DNA of 64,000 nucleotides from Nitrospirota bacterium (GTDB taxonomy: Bacteria > Nitrospirota > Nitrospiria > Nitrospirales > Nitrospiraceae): the NCBI GenBank assembly GCA_963703955.1, contig CAVPGK010000015.1:96001-160000 (forward strand). Direction: 5' to 3'. This document shows, one piece after another, positions 19,884 to 29,246 of the stretch (positions within the stretch are counted from its first letter, which is position 1; the number at the start of each line of letters is the position of its first letter). Under the pieces are notes generated by a model, which worked only from the letters and a program-made list of their open reading frames with translations, was not told where the DNA came from and did not search any database. Position numbers and translations under genes: made by a program.

Positions 19884-20255
19884 ATGAGGCGACCTGAGTT
19901 GATCATGGCAGTTTGCCTATTGTCGTGGGGAGCGGGAGCCACTCACGCTACCCCGCCACAGTTCCAAATCATCATCGAAAGCGGCTCACCGTATTACCTG
20001 CCGGCTTCAGCCAAAGTTCCGGCAGACGCTTCGATACGATGGGACAACCCGACAGGTTCGCCGCACACCATTACCCATGATGCCTGCGTTGAGGAGGGGC
20101 CCTGTATGTTTGACTCGGGGGCAATTCCTCCAGGTGGTAGCTACGTGATTCCTAGCCTCCCTCCGGGGCGCTATCCTTACCAGTGCCGTCTCCATCCCAT
20201 CATGCGAGGGATGTTGACGGTGGCTGACCCGGCTACCTCGCCCTCACAAACCTAA
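19884..20255 (+). CDS. Plastocyanin/azurin-family type-1 copper protein
   Basis: Signal peptide; PHTIT and YPYQCRLHPIMRG (H, C, H, M ligands). Confidence 0.9.
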   Translation: MRRPELIMAVCLLSWGAGATHATPPQFQIIIESGSPYYLPASAKVPADASIRWDNPTGSPHTITHDACVEEGPCMFDSGAIPPGGSYVIPSLPPGRYPYQCRLHPIMRGMLTVADPATSPSQT

Positions 20256-20413
20256 CGAGACGCCTGGACAAACCCTTCCATTACTGCGACCTCCTTCCAG
20301 AACACTGGAATCGAGCTTCGCTGCGCGCTCTTGCCTCCGTCTGGGTCCTTCGTGTACCCTGCCCAAAATCGACTCGCGGTCTGCGCTCACACGCCGATAC
20401 TCACAAGAAAAAC

Positions 20414-21892
20414 ATGAAACTGAGTTCTGTTCTCCACCCGCCGCTGATCTTGACCGGGGAAGTCCGCCAGCTACGAGCGTGGAGAATGCCGGATATGATC
20501 ATCTACCAGCACATGACGGATGAATGGTGGTTGACGCCGCTCGACGATCACCTGCCGTTGATCCGGCTCAACCGTGTGGGCATGGAACTTCTCACGGCCA
20601 TGGATGGACACGTCACCGTTGGCGCCTTGCAGGATCGCTATGGGAAATGGGTGTGCGGGCCGGATGGGGAAACAGGGCAATGGCATCTAGAACGATGGTC
20701 TCTCCCCACCTACTCCCTTTGTTATTTCGGAACCGAGCCGCCCACGGGAGATCGACATGGGGCGAAGTGGGACCTGTTGCTGCAACAGGTCCGTGAAGGC
20801 TGGTCCGGACAGAAAGGATTCGAAGGTGCGGATCATCTGTCGGAGTTCCATCTTCGCGAGATTACCAAGCGTGAGGAGCATTTTGATCAGATCGAAACCA
20901 CGGTTTCTCATCTGTTCCGTGAGCCCAGCGAGGCGCTGCAGGGCCTGACGTACGGGCGGCTGCTTGCCAAGCATCTCCGGCGAGTCGGCTGGTGGACGCC
21001 CAAACCTCGGATGATCGTGGAAGTGGGGGCAGGGTTGGGGTACGTCGCGCGGGAGATGGCGAATGAACTATCGCCCGCTGAGCGACAGGGTATCCGCTAC
21101 ATCTTCGTGGACCTTACCCGGCCCTTTGTCGAGTCACAGCTTTCTCTCGCCGAGTCTGGGTGGGACCGCGTCGGTCTTCAGGCCAACGCTGAATGGCTGC
21201 CTTTGCGAGATCAAAGTGTTGACCTTGTCATCGACAATGAAAATCTCGCCGATATGACGCCGGTGCGCTTGAGTCGAGGGGAAGTGGAATCGGGACAGAG
21301 CACACAGCAGTTGCATCAGGAAGCCCTGGATTGGATTCGCCGGGTACGGTTCCCTATTGATCATGTTCTGCCCGATGAGATGATGTTTAACCTGGGACCA
21401 CTCCGCTTTCTCGCAGAATTGTGGCGGGTCTTACGTCCAGGCGGTCGGGCTATCTTGATCGAGTTCGGCATTGAAACCGGATGGCCGGCCCCGGTGAAGC
21501 TACCCGGCCACACCGAGTATGAGGTGCAATACACCCACTTGCGACACGCGGCCCGATGGCTGGGGTTCCAGGAGCGGTATTTCACGCTGCCTCAGTTTCT
21601 TGTGCTGAAACCCGACACACAATTACTGTGCACGGGAGCGGCCTATGCTATTCAACGGTTCTGCACCGCACTCGGTCAATCCTTTTCGATCCGTGCCTAT
21701 ACCGAGGGCGAGCTGAAATCGGTTCTGGGGGACATGCTTCCGAAACTGCTTGGATGCCATTACCATGAGCTGATCGATCCGGCATGGTTTGGCCTTTGGG
21801 ACTTCAAAGTACTGTTGCTTGAAAAACCAGGCGGGGCGCCACGACCTTCATTCCAGGAATCTAAAGGATTTCGTTGGTATTCGCTAAAGTAG
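20414..21892 (+). CDS. Class I SAM-dependent methyltransferase with a PqqD/RRE-like N-terminus
   Basis: IVEVGAGLG, AEWLPL.D.SVDLVI, WRVLRPGG; N-terminal RLNRVGMELL..MDG..TV. Confidence 0.8.
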   Translation: MKLSSVLHPPLILTGEVRQLRAWRMPDMIIYQHMTDEWWLTPLDDHLPLIRLNRVGMELLTAMDGHVTVGALQDRYGKWVCGPDGETGQWHLERWSLPTYSLCYFGTEPPTGDRHGAKWDLLLQQVREGWSGQKGFEGADHLSEFHLREITKREEHFDQIETTVSHLFREPSEALQGLTYGRLLAKHLRRVGWWTPKPRMIVEVGAGLGYVAREMANELSPAERQGIRYIFVDLTRPFVESQLSLAESGWDRVGLQANAEWLPLRDQSVDLVIDNENLADMTPVRLSRGEVESGQSTQQLHQEALDWIRRVRFPIDHVLPDEMMFNLGPLRFLAELWRVLRPGGRAILIEFGIETGWPAPVKLPGHTEYEVQYTHLRHAARWLGFQERYFTLPQFLVLKPDTQLLCTGAAYAIQRFCTALGQSFSIRAYTEGELKSVLGDMLPKLLGCHYHELIDPAWFGLWDFKVLLLEKPGGAPRPSFQESKGFRWYSLK

Positions 21893-21975
21893 GGTAAGCA
21901 CCGGCCATCGGTTTCGGCGGCCAGTTCAAGATTCTCTTTATCCACTCCTGACAGCAGATGGCTGAAGACTAATGG

Positions 21976-22914
21976 CTACGCGCTCGTCGGACTTATCCGT
22001 CTCGCCAGGTCGATCAAGACGCCCTCACGCAACCCCATATCACTCACCAGGCAATCGTTGAACCCGAGCGTCTCCATGATCGTGCGAAGGATGAGGGTCC
22101 CCGCAACGACCACGTCCTCGCGACCCGCTTCGAGTCCGGGAAGTCCGCGGCGCTGGGCCACCGAACGGACTGACAATTCCCGTTCCAGGTACCGAATCGT
22201 GTCGAGATTCAGTTTGTATTGATGGACGCGGGTCGCGTCGTAGAAGGGCATGCGTTGGGCCATAGCCGCCAGCGTAGTAATAGTACCGGCCGTCCCCACA
22301 AAGGTTGCCCGGCTCACATCTCCCAACATCGGTCGCACACTTTGTGTGAGTTCAGCAACGAGGGTGCCCGCCGCTGCCAACTCCTCTGGCGTCGGCGGAT
22401 CGTGCTTCAACATCCGTTCTGTCAAGCGGACGACCCCCAATTCAAAGGAACGCGCCACTGGTGTGTGACCACCACGATCAAGAATGAATTCCGTGCTCCC
22501 GCCCCCGATGTCCAGCCCAAGAATATCCGACGTGCCCGGGGGCAGGCCGGATCGAATCCCCAACAGAGTTCGGCGGGCTTCCTCTTGCCCAGTGATCACC
22601 TCGACGTCGAACCCGGCTTCCCTCTTGGCCATCGCAAGAAATTCATCTCGGTTGGACGCGTCACGAACGGCGCTGGTGGCTACCACGATATGGCGATCGA
22701 CGTGATAATCCGCGATCATGCCCCGCCACTCTTGCAAGGTTTCGATCACCCGTTTCATCGCGACCGGTTGTAAGATGCGATTGTGATCCACTCCCTCGCC
22801 GAGGCGCAGAATTCGGCGCTCAGCATGCAACTCCGAGAGTTGACCATTGGCCAGTGCCTTCGCGATCAGCAAGCGGCAGGTCAATGTTCCGATATCCACT
22901 CCAGCTAAGATCAT
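21976..22914 (-). CDS. ppx: Ppx/GppA exopolyphosphatase
   Basis: GVDIGT...RLLI, ATSAVRDASN, GQEEAR, DIGGGSTE, GLREG. Confidence 0.93.
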   Translation of the reverse strand: MILAGVDIGTLTCRLLIAKALANGQLSELHAERRILRLGEGVDHNRILQPVAMKRVIETLQEWRGMIADYHVDRHIVVATSAVRDASNRDEFLAMAKREAGFDVEVITGQEEARRTLLGIRSGLPPGTSDILGLDIGGGSTEFILDRGGHTPVARSFELGVVRLTERMLKHDPPTPEELAAAGTLVAELTQSVRPMLGDVSRATFVGTAGTITTLAAMAQRMPFYDATRVHQYKLNLDTIRYLERELSVRSVAQRRGLPGLEAGREDVVVAGTLILRTIMETLGFNDCLVSDMGLREGVLIDLARRISPTSA

Positions 22915-23015
22915 GGCATAATTTCCGTCCGTTGATCGCTGGGCATGGCCGGTCGAACGAAAAGAGTCCGTTTCACCCCGACAAACGATTCGCTGCTCAT
23001 GATTCACAGTTCAAA

Positions 23016-23339
23016 TCAGTTTCCGCTCAGCACATCATCCATTTCCGTCATCAACCGGCGCCGTTCCGCTTTGAGGGTCGTCACCTGGTCCGCGACACGA
23101 ACGATCTCCCGATCCGACAGGATTTGCACAGACGACTCACCTCGTTCATGGAGCTCGACGGCTCGTTCCCCAATGTCACGGCACAGCTCCTTGATTCGAC
23201 GATCGAGCTTGCGCACCTCAAGCCGAAGCTTCAGCAGTTCCGTCTCTTCCAAGACACGATTCGCAGCCCGAACGGTCCCGAACCGCAAGCGGGCCAATCC
23301 GGCCCTCAGGTCATGCTTGATCTGCTGAAGCAATCCCAT
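23016..23339 (-). CDS. Hypothetical coiled-coil protein
   Basis: Helical heptad pattern; co-oriented between recG and ppx. Confidence 0.7.
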   Translation of the reverse strand: MGLLQQIKHDLRAGLARLRFGTVRAANRVLEETELLKLRLEVRKLDRRIKELCRDIGERAVELHERGESSVQILSDREIVRVADQVTTLKAERRRLMTEMDDVLSGN

Positions 23340-23399
23340 GCTTTGCTTTGCTTTCCATTCCCATTGATCCGGGTGCAGAAACAGTCAACCACCAGGGTA

Positions 23400-23486
23400 T
23401 GCGTGGCTGGGCCGCCCTATCTGCGCGCGTTCAATGAGCACTTCTGATGTTCGCGTTGCTTGAGCATGGGGCGGCCCAGCCACGCA
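23400..23486. repeat. Intergenic element with a perfect 18-bp inverted repeat
   Basis: TGCGTGGCTGGGCCGCCC (23400-23417) and GGGCGGCCCAGCCACGCA (23469-23486). Confidence 0.85.
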
Positions 23487-23512
23487 CAGATGAAAGCAAC
23501 AGGCACCCGTCC

Positions 23513-26050
23513 TCAACTCACCGTTCCTAACTCCAGCTTCGCCTTCCATTTTCGCAGCATGGCTTCACGCAAGAGCCGATGGGCGGGATCGGCCAAACAC
23601 GGATCGGCATTGATGAGTGAAAAGGCCTCACGGCGTGCCTGCTCCAGCATCGACACATCACGCACGAGGTTCGCCGCGCGAAATTCCGGTGTTCCCCACT
23701 GGCGGACTCCAAAAAATTCCCCCGGGCCCCGAATACGCAGGTCTTCCTCTGCGATGGCAAACCCATCCGTGGACCTGACCAGCGCCTCCAACCGCTGCCG
23801 TGCCAGCGAGGGAAGGAGCGAGGAACTCGCCTCCTGCTCTACACCTCCGTCCCCTCCCCCGTGACCCCTTTCGTACGATGTCAGGAGTAGGCAATAGGAC
23901 TGCTGCGACCCTCGCCCCACTCGCCCTCTCAGCTGATGCAATTGAGCCAGACCGAATCGTTCGGCATGCTCCACCAACATGACTGTGGCGTTCGATACAT
24001 CCACGCCGACCTCGATCACCGTCGTGGTCACAAGAATCTGGATCTCCCGTGCCTTGAAAGCCGCCATCGTCCGTTCCTTGTCTCCCGCTTTCATGCGGCC
24101 ATGCAGGAGTCCAACACGGGAAGCCGGAAAAATCTTTGTCTGCAATTCTTCAGCGGCCTGAATGGCCGCCTGGAGGTCCACCTTCTCCGATTCTTCGACC
24201 AAGGGATACACAACATAGGCTTGGCGGCCGGCTTGCACTTCGTCCCGAAGAATGTGATACGCTCGCCGCCGTTGTGACTGCCGAAACAACCAGGTCCGGA
24301 TCGGCGTGCGTCCGGGCGGCAGGGCATCGATCACCGACACGTCGAGATCTCCGTACACGGTCATGGCCAGCGTGCGTGGGATGGGGGTGGCGGTCAATAC
24401 CAGCACGTCAGGCTGGCACCCCTTGTCCAGCAAGCTCTTTCGTTGCAGCACGCCGAATTTATGTTGCTCGTCAATCACGGCCAGGCCGAGCTTGGCAAAC
24501 CGCACCCCTTTTTGGATGAGGGCGTGGGTGCCGATAATCACGTGAGCGTCCCCTGTCTCGATCTGTTGGAGAGCCGCCTTGCGTTGTGTGGTGGATCGAC
24601 CCCTTTTCACCAAGACGGTCTTCAAGCCAAGCTTCCCTAGAAGGTCACGCACATTCAGGTAGTGCTGCTCCGCCAGGATCTCGGTTGGAACCATAAGGGC
24701 GGCCTGATACCCGGACCCGCAGGCCGTCACCATGGCTTGGAGCGCGACAATGGTCTTGCCGCAGCCGACATCGCCCTGGATGAGACGATTCATCGGGCGG
24801 GGAGCGGCCATGTCACGTTGAATTTCCGAGAGAACACGTTCCTGTGCCTGGGTCAAACGGAATGGAAGCAGCGAGCGCAATTGCGCGAGCAACGGGGTTT
24901 TGATGTGAAACCGAATGCCCTTGGTCTCCTCCTTCACCGACCGCTGGCGCACCGCCAACGCCAGCTCGAGCAGAAACAATTCTTCAAACGCCAGCCGCCC
25001 ATGCGCCGGGGTGGTTCCGCGATCAAGCGCTTCCTGATTTGCCGGTGCCGAAGGAAAATGGACGTCACCCAATGCCGCATGAATGGTAGGCAGCCGGCAT
25101 TGGCTCCGGATGGAATCGGGGAGCAGGTCAGGCATGCCGCTCAGATACTGATCCAGCAGACCTTTGACCATGACACGGATGTGTCGCGAAGTGAATCCCT
25201 TGGTCTCGTGGTAGATGGGGACAATGCGACCGACGTGCAGTGGAATTTCGTGTTCCTCGCCAAGCACCTCGTACTGAGGTCCCTCGATCCGGAGATCGGT
25301 CCATCCTCGCCGCCCCGCCGATATCCGCCCACTCAGCATCACTCGGATACCCGGCTCCAAGACCGACTCGAGATACGACTGATTGAAGAACACGGCATGA
25401 ATCACCCCGGTTGAATCTTCGATGCCGACATCCAGCACCGTCATCCGGCGGTGGGGGATGCGGGTGAGCGTGCGATCGAGGACGCGCCCGCAGATGGTGG
25501 CTTGCATCCCGGGAGCAAGCCGATCAATGGGGGTCACAACAGAACGGTCCTCATACCGCCATGGCAAGAACCACAGAGCCTCTTCAACAGTTCGGATTCC
25601 CAGCCGGGCTAAGAGGAGTGCCCGCTTCGGGCCGACACCTTTGGCAAATTGGATGGGGATCTTCCACACGTCATGTGCGGGAGGCGAGGGGCCAAGGGCC
25701 GGATACAGGAGTCGTTCCGACCTGGTACCTCGCGCCTCGCGCTTCTTGCCTCTTTTCAAGCGATCCAAGATCGCTCGGGCTCCCGCAAGGCGATGCAGAC
25801 GTTCTGCCGCATCGAGCTCCTCATCGAAATCCACAAACAACTGACGCAGCGATAAGAGATCCGCTTCCACATCCGACGGATAGATATGGTCAGCCAACGC
25901 CTGGACGACCTGATGGGACACATACGGTCCCAGATTCTTGACGGCAGCCAGGTTGGCGTACTTGTTGCGGCTCGCGAACTCAATCGGGCGGGCTAAGCGC
26001 TGCACAATATCTTCAAGACGTGGCATGCAAGCGGGCTGGGACGGCTGCAT
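23513..26050 (-). CDS. recG: ATP-dependent DNA helicase RecG
   Basis: MNRLIQGDVGCGKT, DEQHKFGV.QR, TATPIPRTL, TTVIEVGVDV, QLHQLRGRVGRG. Confidence 0.98.
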   Translation of the reverse strand: MQPSQPACMPRLEDIVQRLARPIEFASRNKYANLAAVKNLGPYVSHQVVQALADHIYPSDVEADLLSLRQLFVDFDEELDAAERLHRLAGARAILDRLKRGKKREARGTRSERLLYPALGPSPPAHDVWKIPIQFAKGVGPKRALLLARLGIRTVEEALWFLPWRYEDRSVVTPIDRLAPGMQATICGRVLDRTLTRIPHRRMTVLDVGIEDSTGVIHAVFFNQSYLESVLEPGIRVMLSGRISAGRRGWTDLRIEGPQYEVLGEEHEIPLHVGRIVPIYHETKGFTSRHIRVMVKGLLDQYLSGMPDLLPDSIRSQCRLPTIHAALGDVHFPSAPANQEALDRGTTPAHGRLAFEELFLLELALAVRQRSVKEETKGIRFHIKTPLLAQLRSLLPFRLTQAQERVLSEIQRDMAAPRPMNRLIQGDVGCGKTIVALQAMVTACGSGYQAALMVPTEILAEQHYLNVRDLLGKLGLKTVLVKRGRSTTQRKAALQQIETGDAHVIIGTHALIQKGVRFAKLGLAVIDEQHKFGVLQRKSLLDKGCQPDVLVLTATPIPRTLAMTVYGDLDVSVIDALPPGRTPIRTWLFRQSQRRRAYHILRDEVQAGRQAYVVYPLVEESEKVDLQAAIQAAEELQTKIFPASRVGLLHGRMKAGDKERTMAAFKAREIQILVTTTVIEVGVDVSNATVMLVEHAERFGLAQLHQLRGRVGRGSQQSYCLLLTSYERGHGGGDGGVEQEASSSLLPSLARQRLEALVRSTDGFAIAEEDLRIRGPGEFFGVRQWGTPEFRAANLVRDVSMLEQARREAFSLINADPCLADPAHRLLREAMLRKWKAKLELGTVS

Positions 26051-26208
26051 TGCTCATCCAGACAGAGTGTGGAAACAGACTCGTCCGACCAACGGATATC
26101 CAGAAGTGAGGCTTGCCGGAGAAAGCGGGCGTATGCTAACATACGCCTCGTTGGGGTACAAACGAATGAAGAGGTTGTTCAGCAGCCTGCAAGGAAGGAG
26201 TTCAGATC

Positions 26209-26400
26209 GTGGCCTTTACCTGTGATCTTTGTAACAAACGTCGCCAAGCCGGCCATAATGTGAGTCATGCCAACAACAAGACGAAGCGTGTGTTCAACCC
26301 CAATCTCCAAACCGTTCGCGCTTTAATCAATGGCGCCGCCAAACGCATCCGGGTGTGTACTCGCTGCCTTCGTTCGGGACTCGTCAAGAAGGCAGTCTAA
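26209..26400 (+). CDS. rpmB: 50S ribosomal protein L28 (Zn-binding CxxC type)
   Basis: CDLC...[20 protein letters not shown]...[20 protein letters not shown] start. Confidence 0.97.
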   Translation: MAFTCDLCNKRRQAGHNVSHANNKTKRVFNPNLQTVRALINGAAKRIRVCTRCLRSGLVKKAV

Positions 26401-26479
26401 CACGTCGACTCACTCCCAAATCTTCGTCACCGTCTCTCTGCCTGCGCGTGTCATGGTTGTTCCAGAGTTACCGATTGAC

Positions 26480-27049
26480 CTAGAAGCCGACTCCGACGCC
26501 GACACCACCGCGCGCACCGCCGCTACCTCCGCCTCCATAGATACCCCACCGCGGGCCTGACGGTCTTTGATACACCATTCGAGGCTCCCAGACCTTCAGA
26601 TACTTTACCTCGACCGTCGGATATCGATATTCCATCTCGTCGAGGTGCTGAGTCGTCACGCCGACGACCTCACCGACAACGGTGACTCGAGTCTCATCGG
26701 TGACGGTCGCCGGATCGAGGAATTCTTTCTGGATAGCCAAGAAACGACCTTGTGATTCGTTTCGAGGCGACATTGGCTGCCAGTCCTCCAGCGGAAGCTG
26801 CAGCACCTCGAGCTGGGTGCCCTCTTTCAAACGCTTGGCCTTCAACACCTCCCCGCCAAGCACGACGACTTTTCCCCGAAATGAGTCCGGTGACTCTCTG
26901 AGCTGTTCGAAAGTCACGCTCTTGTCGACCTGCGCCTCCAAGGGTTCCGGAATGATGCGCTCGGTCGATGCGCAGCTTGATATGGCACCGGTCAGGAGAA
27001 GGATGGCGGTCAACAATGACGGGAATCGCATGGAATGACTGTGCCCCAT
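26480..27049 (-). CDS. Slp-family outer-membrane lipoprotein
   Basis: Lipobox-like ISSC; G..VVLGG, LEVLQLPL, GRFLA, FLDPA, VTVVG, Y.YP. Confidence 0.88.
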   Translation of the reverse strand: MGHSHSMRFPSLLTAILLLTGAISSCASTERIIPEPLEAQVDKSVTFEQLRESPDSFRGKVVVLGGEVLKAKRLKEGTQLEVLQLPLEDWQPMSPRNESQGRFLAIQKEFLDPATVTDETRVTVVGEVVGVTTQHLDEMEYRYPTVEVKYLKVWEPRMVYQRPSGPRWGIYGGGGSGGARGGVGVGVGF

Positions 27050-27189
27050 GCCCGCGTCTGAGAGAGGATACCCCTAAGGATCTTTTCAAGACCCTCGTCG
27101 CCGAACAATGGGAAGGCGGTTCGAAATGACGGTGTTATGGCTTCGGCTGAAGACTCACGCCTCGTCGCAGGGAACGATTGGTCTTTTTC

Positions 27190-27858
27190 CTAGTTATGGG
27201 CTTGCCATTGCCGCGCGAGTTCCTGCGCTTTATAGATTTCTTCGGTGGTCATTCTTGCAGCCAGCGTATCTCGATAGGTTAGCGCCTGTTTATCGCCCTG
27301 CGCGCCGGCCAGGTTTGACCACATATGCGCCCTCACGACATCGCGCGGTACCCCGCGACCTTCCGCGTACATTTCGCCAATCTTCAATCGGGCCCGCGCA
27401 TTTCCTTGCTTGGCGGCAATCCGGAAAAAGCGCATGGCTTCCGCATAATCTTGCGGCACGCCAAGACCTTGAAAATAGAGCACGCCCAGTTCGGTTTGTG
27501 CGTCGCTATGGCCCTGATCAGCCGCCTGACGGTAGAACCGTGAAGCCACGACGTAATTTCTCGGAATGCCCTTTCCGGTGGCGTACATGGTCCCGATCTT
27601 AAACTGTACGTCCGGGCTCCCGTCAACGGCCGCAAGACGAAACCACCGCGCAGCCTCATCTTGGTCTGGGTACACACCTTGGCCAACTGCGTACATCGTC
27701 CCTAGCTTGAACTGAGCCTGCGGGTCACCCTGCTCCGCGAGGACACGAGTTCTAGCGACCTCCGTGCAACCGAATTGGCTGAAAGCAAGACTGGCCATCA
27801 AGAGCAGATGAACAATCGCCACGTTCTTCACCATCACCTGGGTCTCCACTGACGACAA
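27190..27858 (-). CDS. Sel1-like repeat protein
   Basis: Repeated AQFKLG.MY..G.GV..D...A..W...AA.QG. Confidence 0.92.
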   Translation of the reverse strand: MSSVETQVMVKNVAIVHLLLMASLAFSQFGCTEVARTRVLAEQGDPQAQFKLGTMYAVGQGVYPDQDEAARWFRLAAVDGSPDVQFKIGTMYATGKGIPRNYVVASRFYRQAADQGHSDAQTELGVLYFQGLGVPQDYAEAMRFFRIAAKQGNARARLKIGEMYAEGRGVPRDVVRAHMWSNLAGAQGDKQALTYRDTLAARMTTEEIYKAQELARQWQAHN

Positions 27859-27897
27859 GAGGCTCGATTCGCCATCTTCAGACGCTCATGCAAGTGT

Positions 27898-27972
27898 TGG
27901 AGCGGGCGATGGGATTTGAACCCACGACAACTAGCTTGGGAAGCTAGGACTCTACCACTGAGCTACGCCCGC
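27898..27972 (-). tRNA. tRNA-Gly (anticodon CCC), CCA encoded
   Basis: GCGGGCGTAGCTCAGTGGTAGAGTCCTAGCTTCCCAAGCTAGTTGTCGTGGGTTCAAATCCCATCGCCCGCTCCA folds as a cloverleaf. Confidence 0.98.
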
Positions 27973-27976
27973 TCTT

Positions 27977-28443
27977 CTATAAAGAATCACTGCTTACGCT
28001 CTCCCCACCTACGACGGCGAGGTCTGGTGTCATTACCGTGTTAGCATGATACGAAGCCACCAGTGCTGCCGCGCGATGAAGGTCTTGCGGTTCGATGGTG
28101 TTGTAGCGTCCGTGCATGCGCTCCGACTTGTGGCCCATTATTCTCATTGCCGTTCCTGTATCCACACCGGCCCGCCGGGAATTCCTACTGGCGATTTGCC
28201 TGAAGTCATGTATCCGCAGGTTCACGATGCGTGCCCGTCGGCAGGCCGCGTTGAAGGCCGTGCCAATCCTTACTAATTGGCTTCCCCTTATACAGGAAAA
28301 CACGCTGGGTGTCCAGACGTCGTTCTTGCCGAAGCGAGGCAAATATCTTACACACTTGTGGTGTCATTGGCACCACACAGTTTTTCCATTTTGGTGTCCC
28401 AAACGGTGAACTCTTTCTGCGGCAGATCCACATCTGACCATTC
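27977..28443 (-). pseudogene. Tyrosine recombinase/integrase C-terminal remnant (frameshifted)
   Basis: EWSDVDL...DTK, VVPMTP, AF..ACRRA.I.NLRIHDFR, IMGHKS..M..RY spread over three frames; ends 4 bp from the tRNA 5' end. Confidence 0.88.
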
Positions 28444-28445
28444 AG

Positions 28446-28547
28446 TCACCCACCTTCAACCTTTCCTGGATCGGGCTGACTATCTACGTGAGCATAGCTC
28501 ACAAAAATGTCGCAGGCCGAGTCAGGAACAAAGGTTGGCTTAGGCAT
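28446..28547 (-). pseudogene. N-terminal fragment of a TIR-domain protein
   Basis: GGAGG RBS + MPKPTFVPDSACDIFVSYAHVDSQPDPGKVEG(WVT after a 1-bp shift); DIFVSYAH.D is the TIR box-1 pattern; too short for the ORF track. Confidence 0.7.
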
Positions 28548-29246
28548 ATTGCCTCCATCCAAGACGCTTAGGGGGATACCTCCCTCAGTAATTTAATTTA
28601 CACCGATACATCGATTTTTGAAATAGCGACGCAGGAATGAACTTTTTGAGAAATACCTTCAACATGACGCTGAATGCCTCTGTACCTTACCTGTGCCGCT
28701 CGACCACCCCGCTAGTGGAACAATGGTGTCGCCGGGGTTGGGTTGCGCCTGGGTTGTGGATGTGCAGATCGTAAATGCATCGACAGGCGAAAAGTGCAGA
28801 CTTGCTTAAGTTGCATTGCTATATCCGAGGTGGCGAGGTTGATTAAGTTTTCGCACAATAGGCGCGCTATCCGTGACGGTTTGCATTGTCTTGGTAGGAT
28901 ACTCAGCCCTGCAGCCTGTGGTTTTCGCGCAGTTCCATTCACATTTCTTGACAGCTCCATCGCCCGATGCCTGGGCGAGGGGCGGAAGTCGAGGCGTGGG
29001 AAGCTACAGAGGGGGAAGTCGCGGGGTGGGGACGGTTGGGGGTTAGGCCCCAATACAAGGAGAGATGTCACATATGTCCAGCCACATCATAGAACGGCTC
29101 CCAATTCAACTCAGAGAGACAAATTCAGCAGTAGCGGAATGTGAACCCTTATACAGGGGAGGCTCGTCTCGTGCGACCCATGTTGACCACCTCTTGAGTG
29201 AGCAGGCCTCACTCTTTTCGAGGTGTCCACTATTATCGGCGGAGGT

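Noticed and set aside
25727..25756. Heptamer-like repeats (CCTCGCG x2 and variants) inside recG
   Set aside because: Short, degenerate and in frame within a variable linker; no evidence of function
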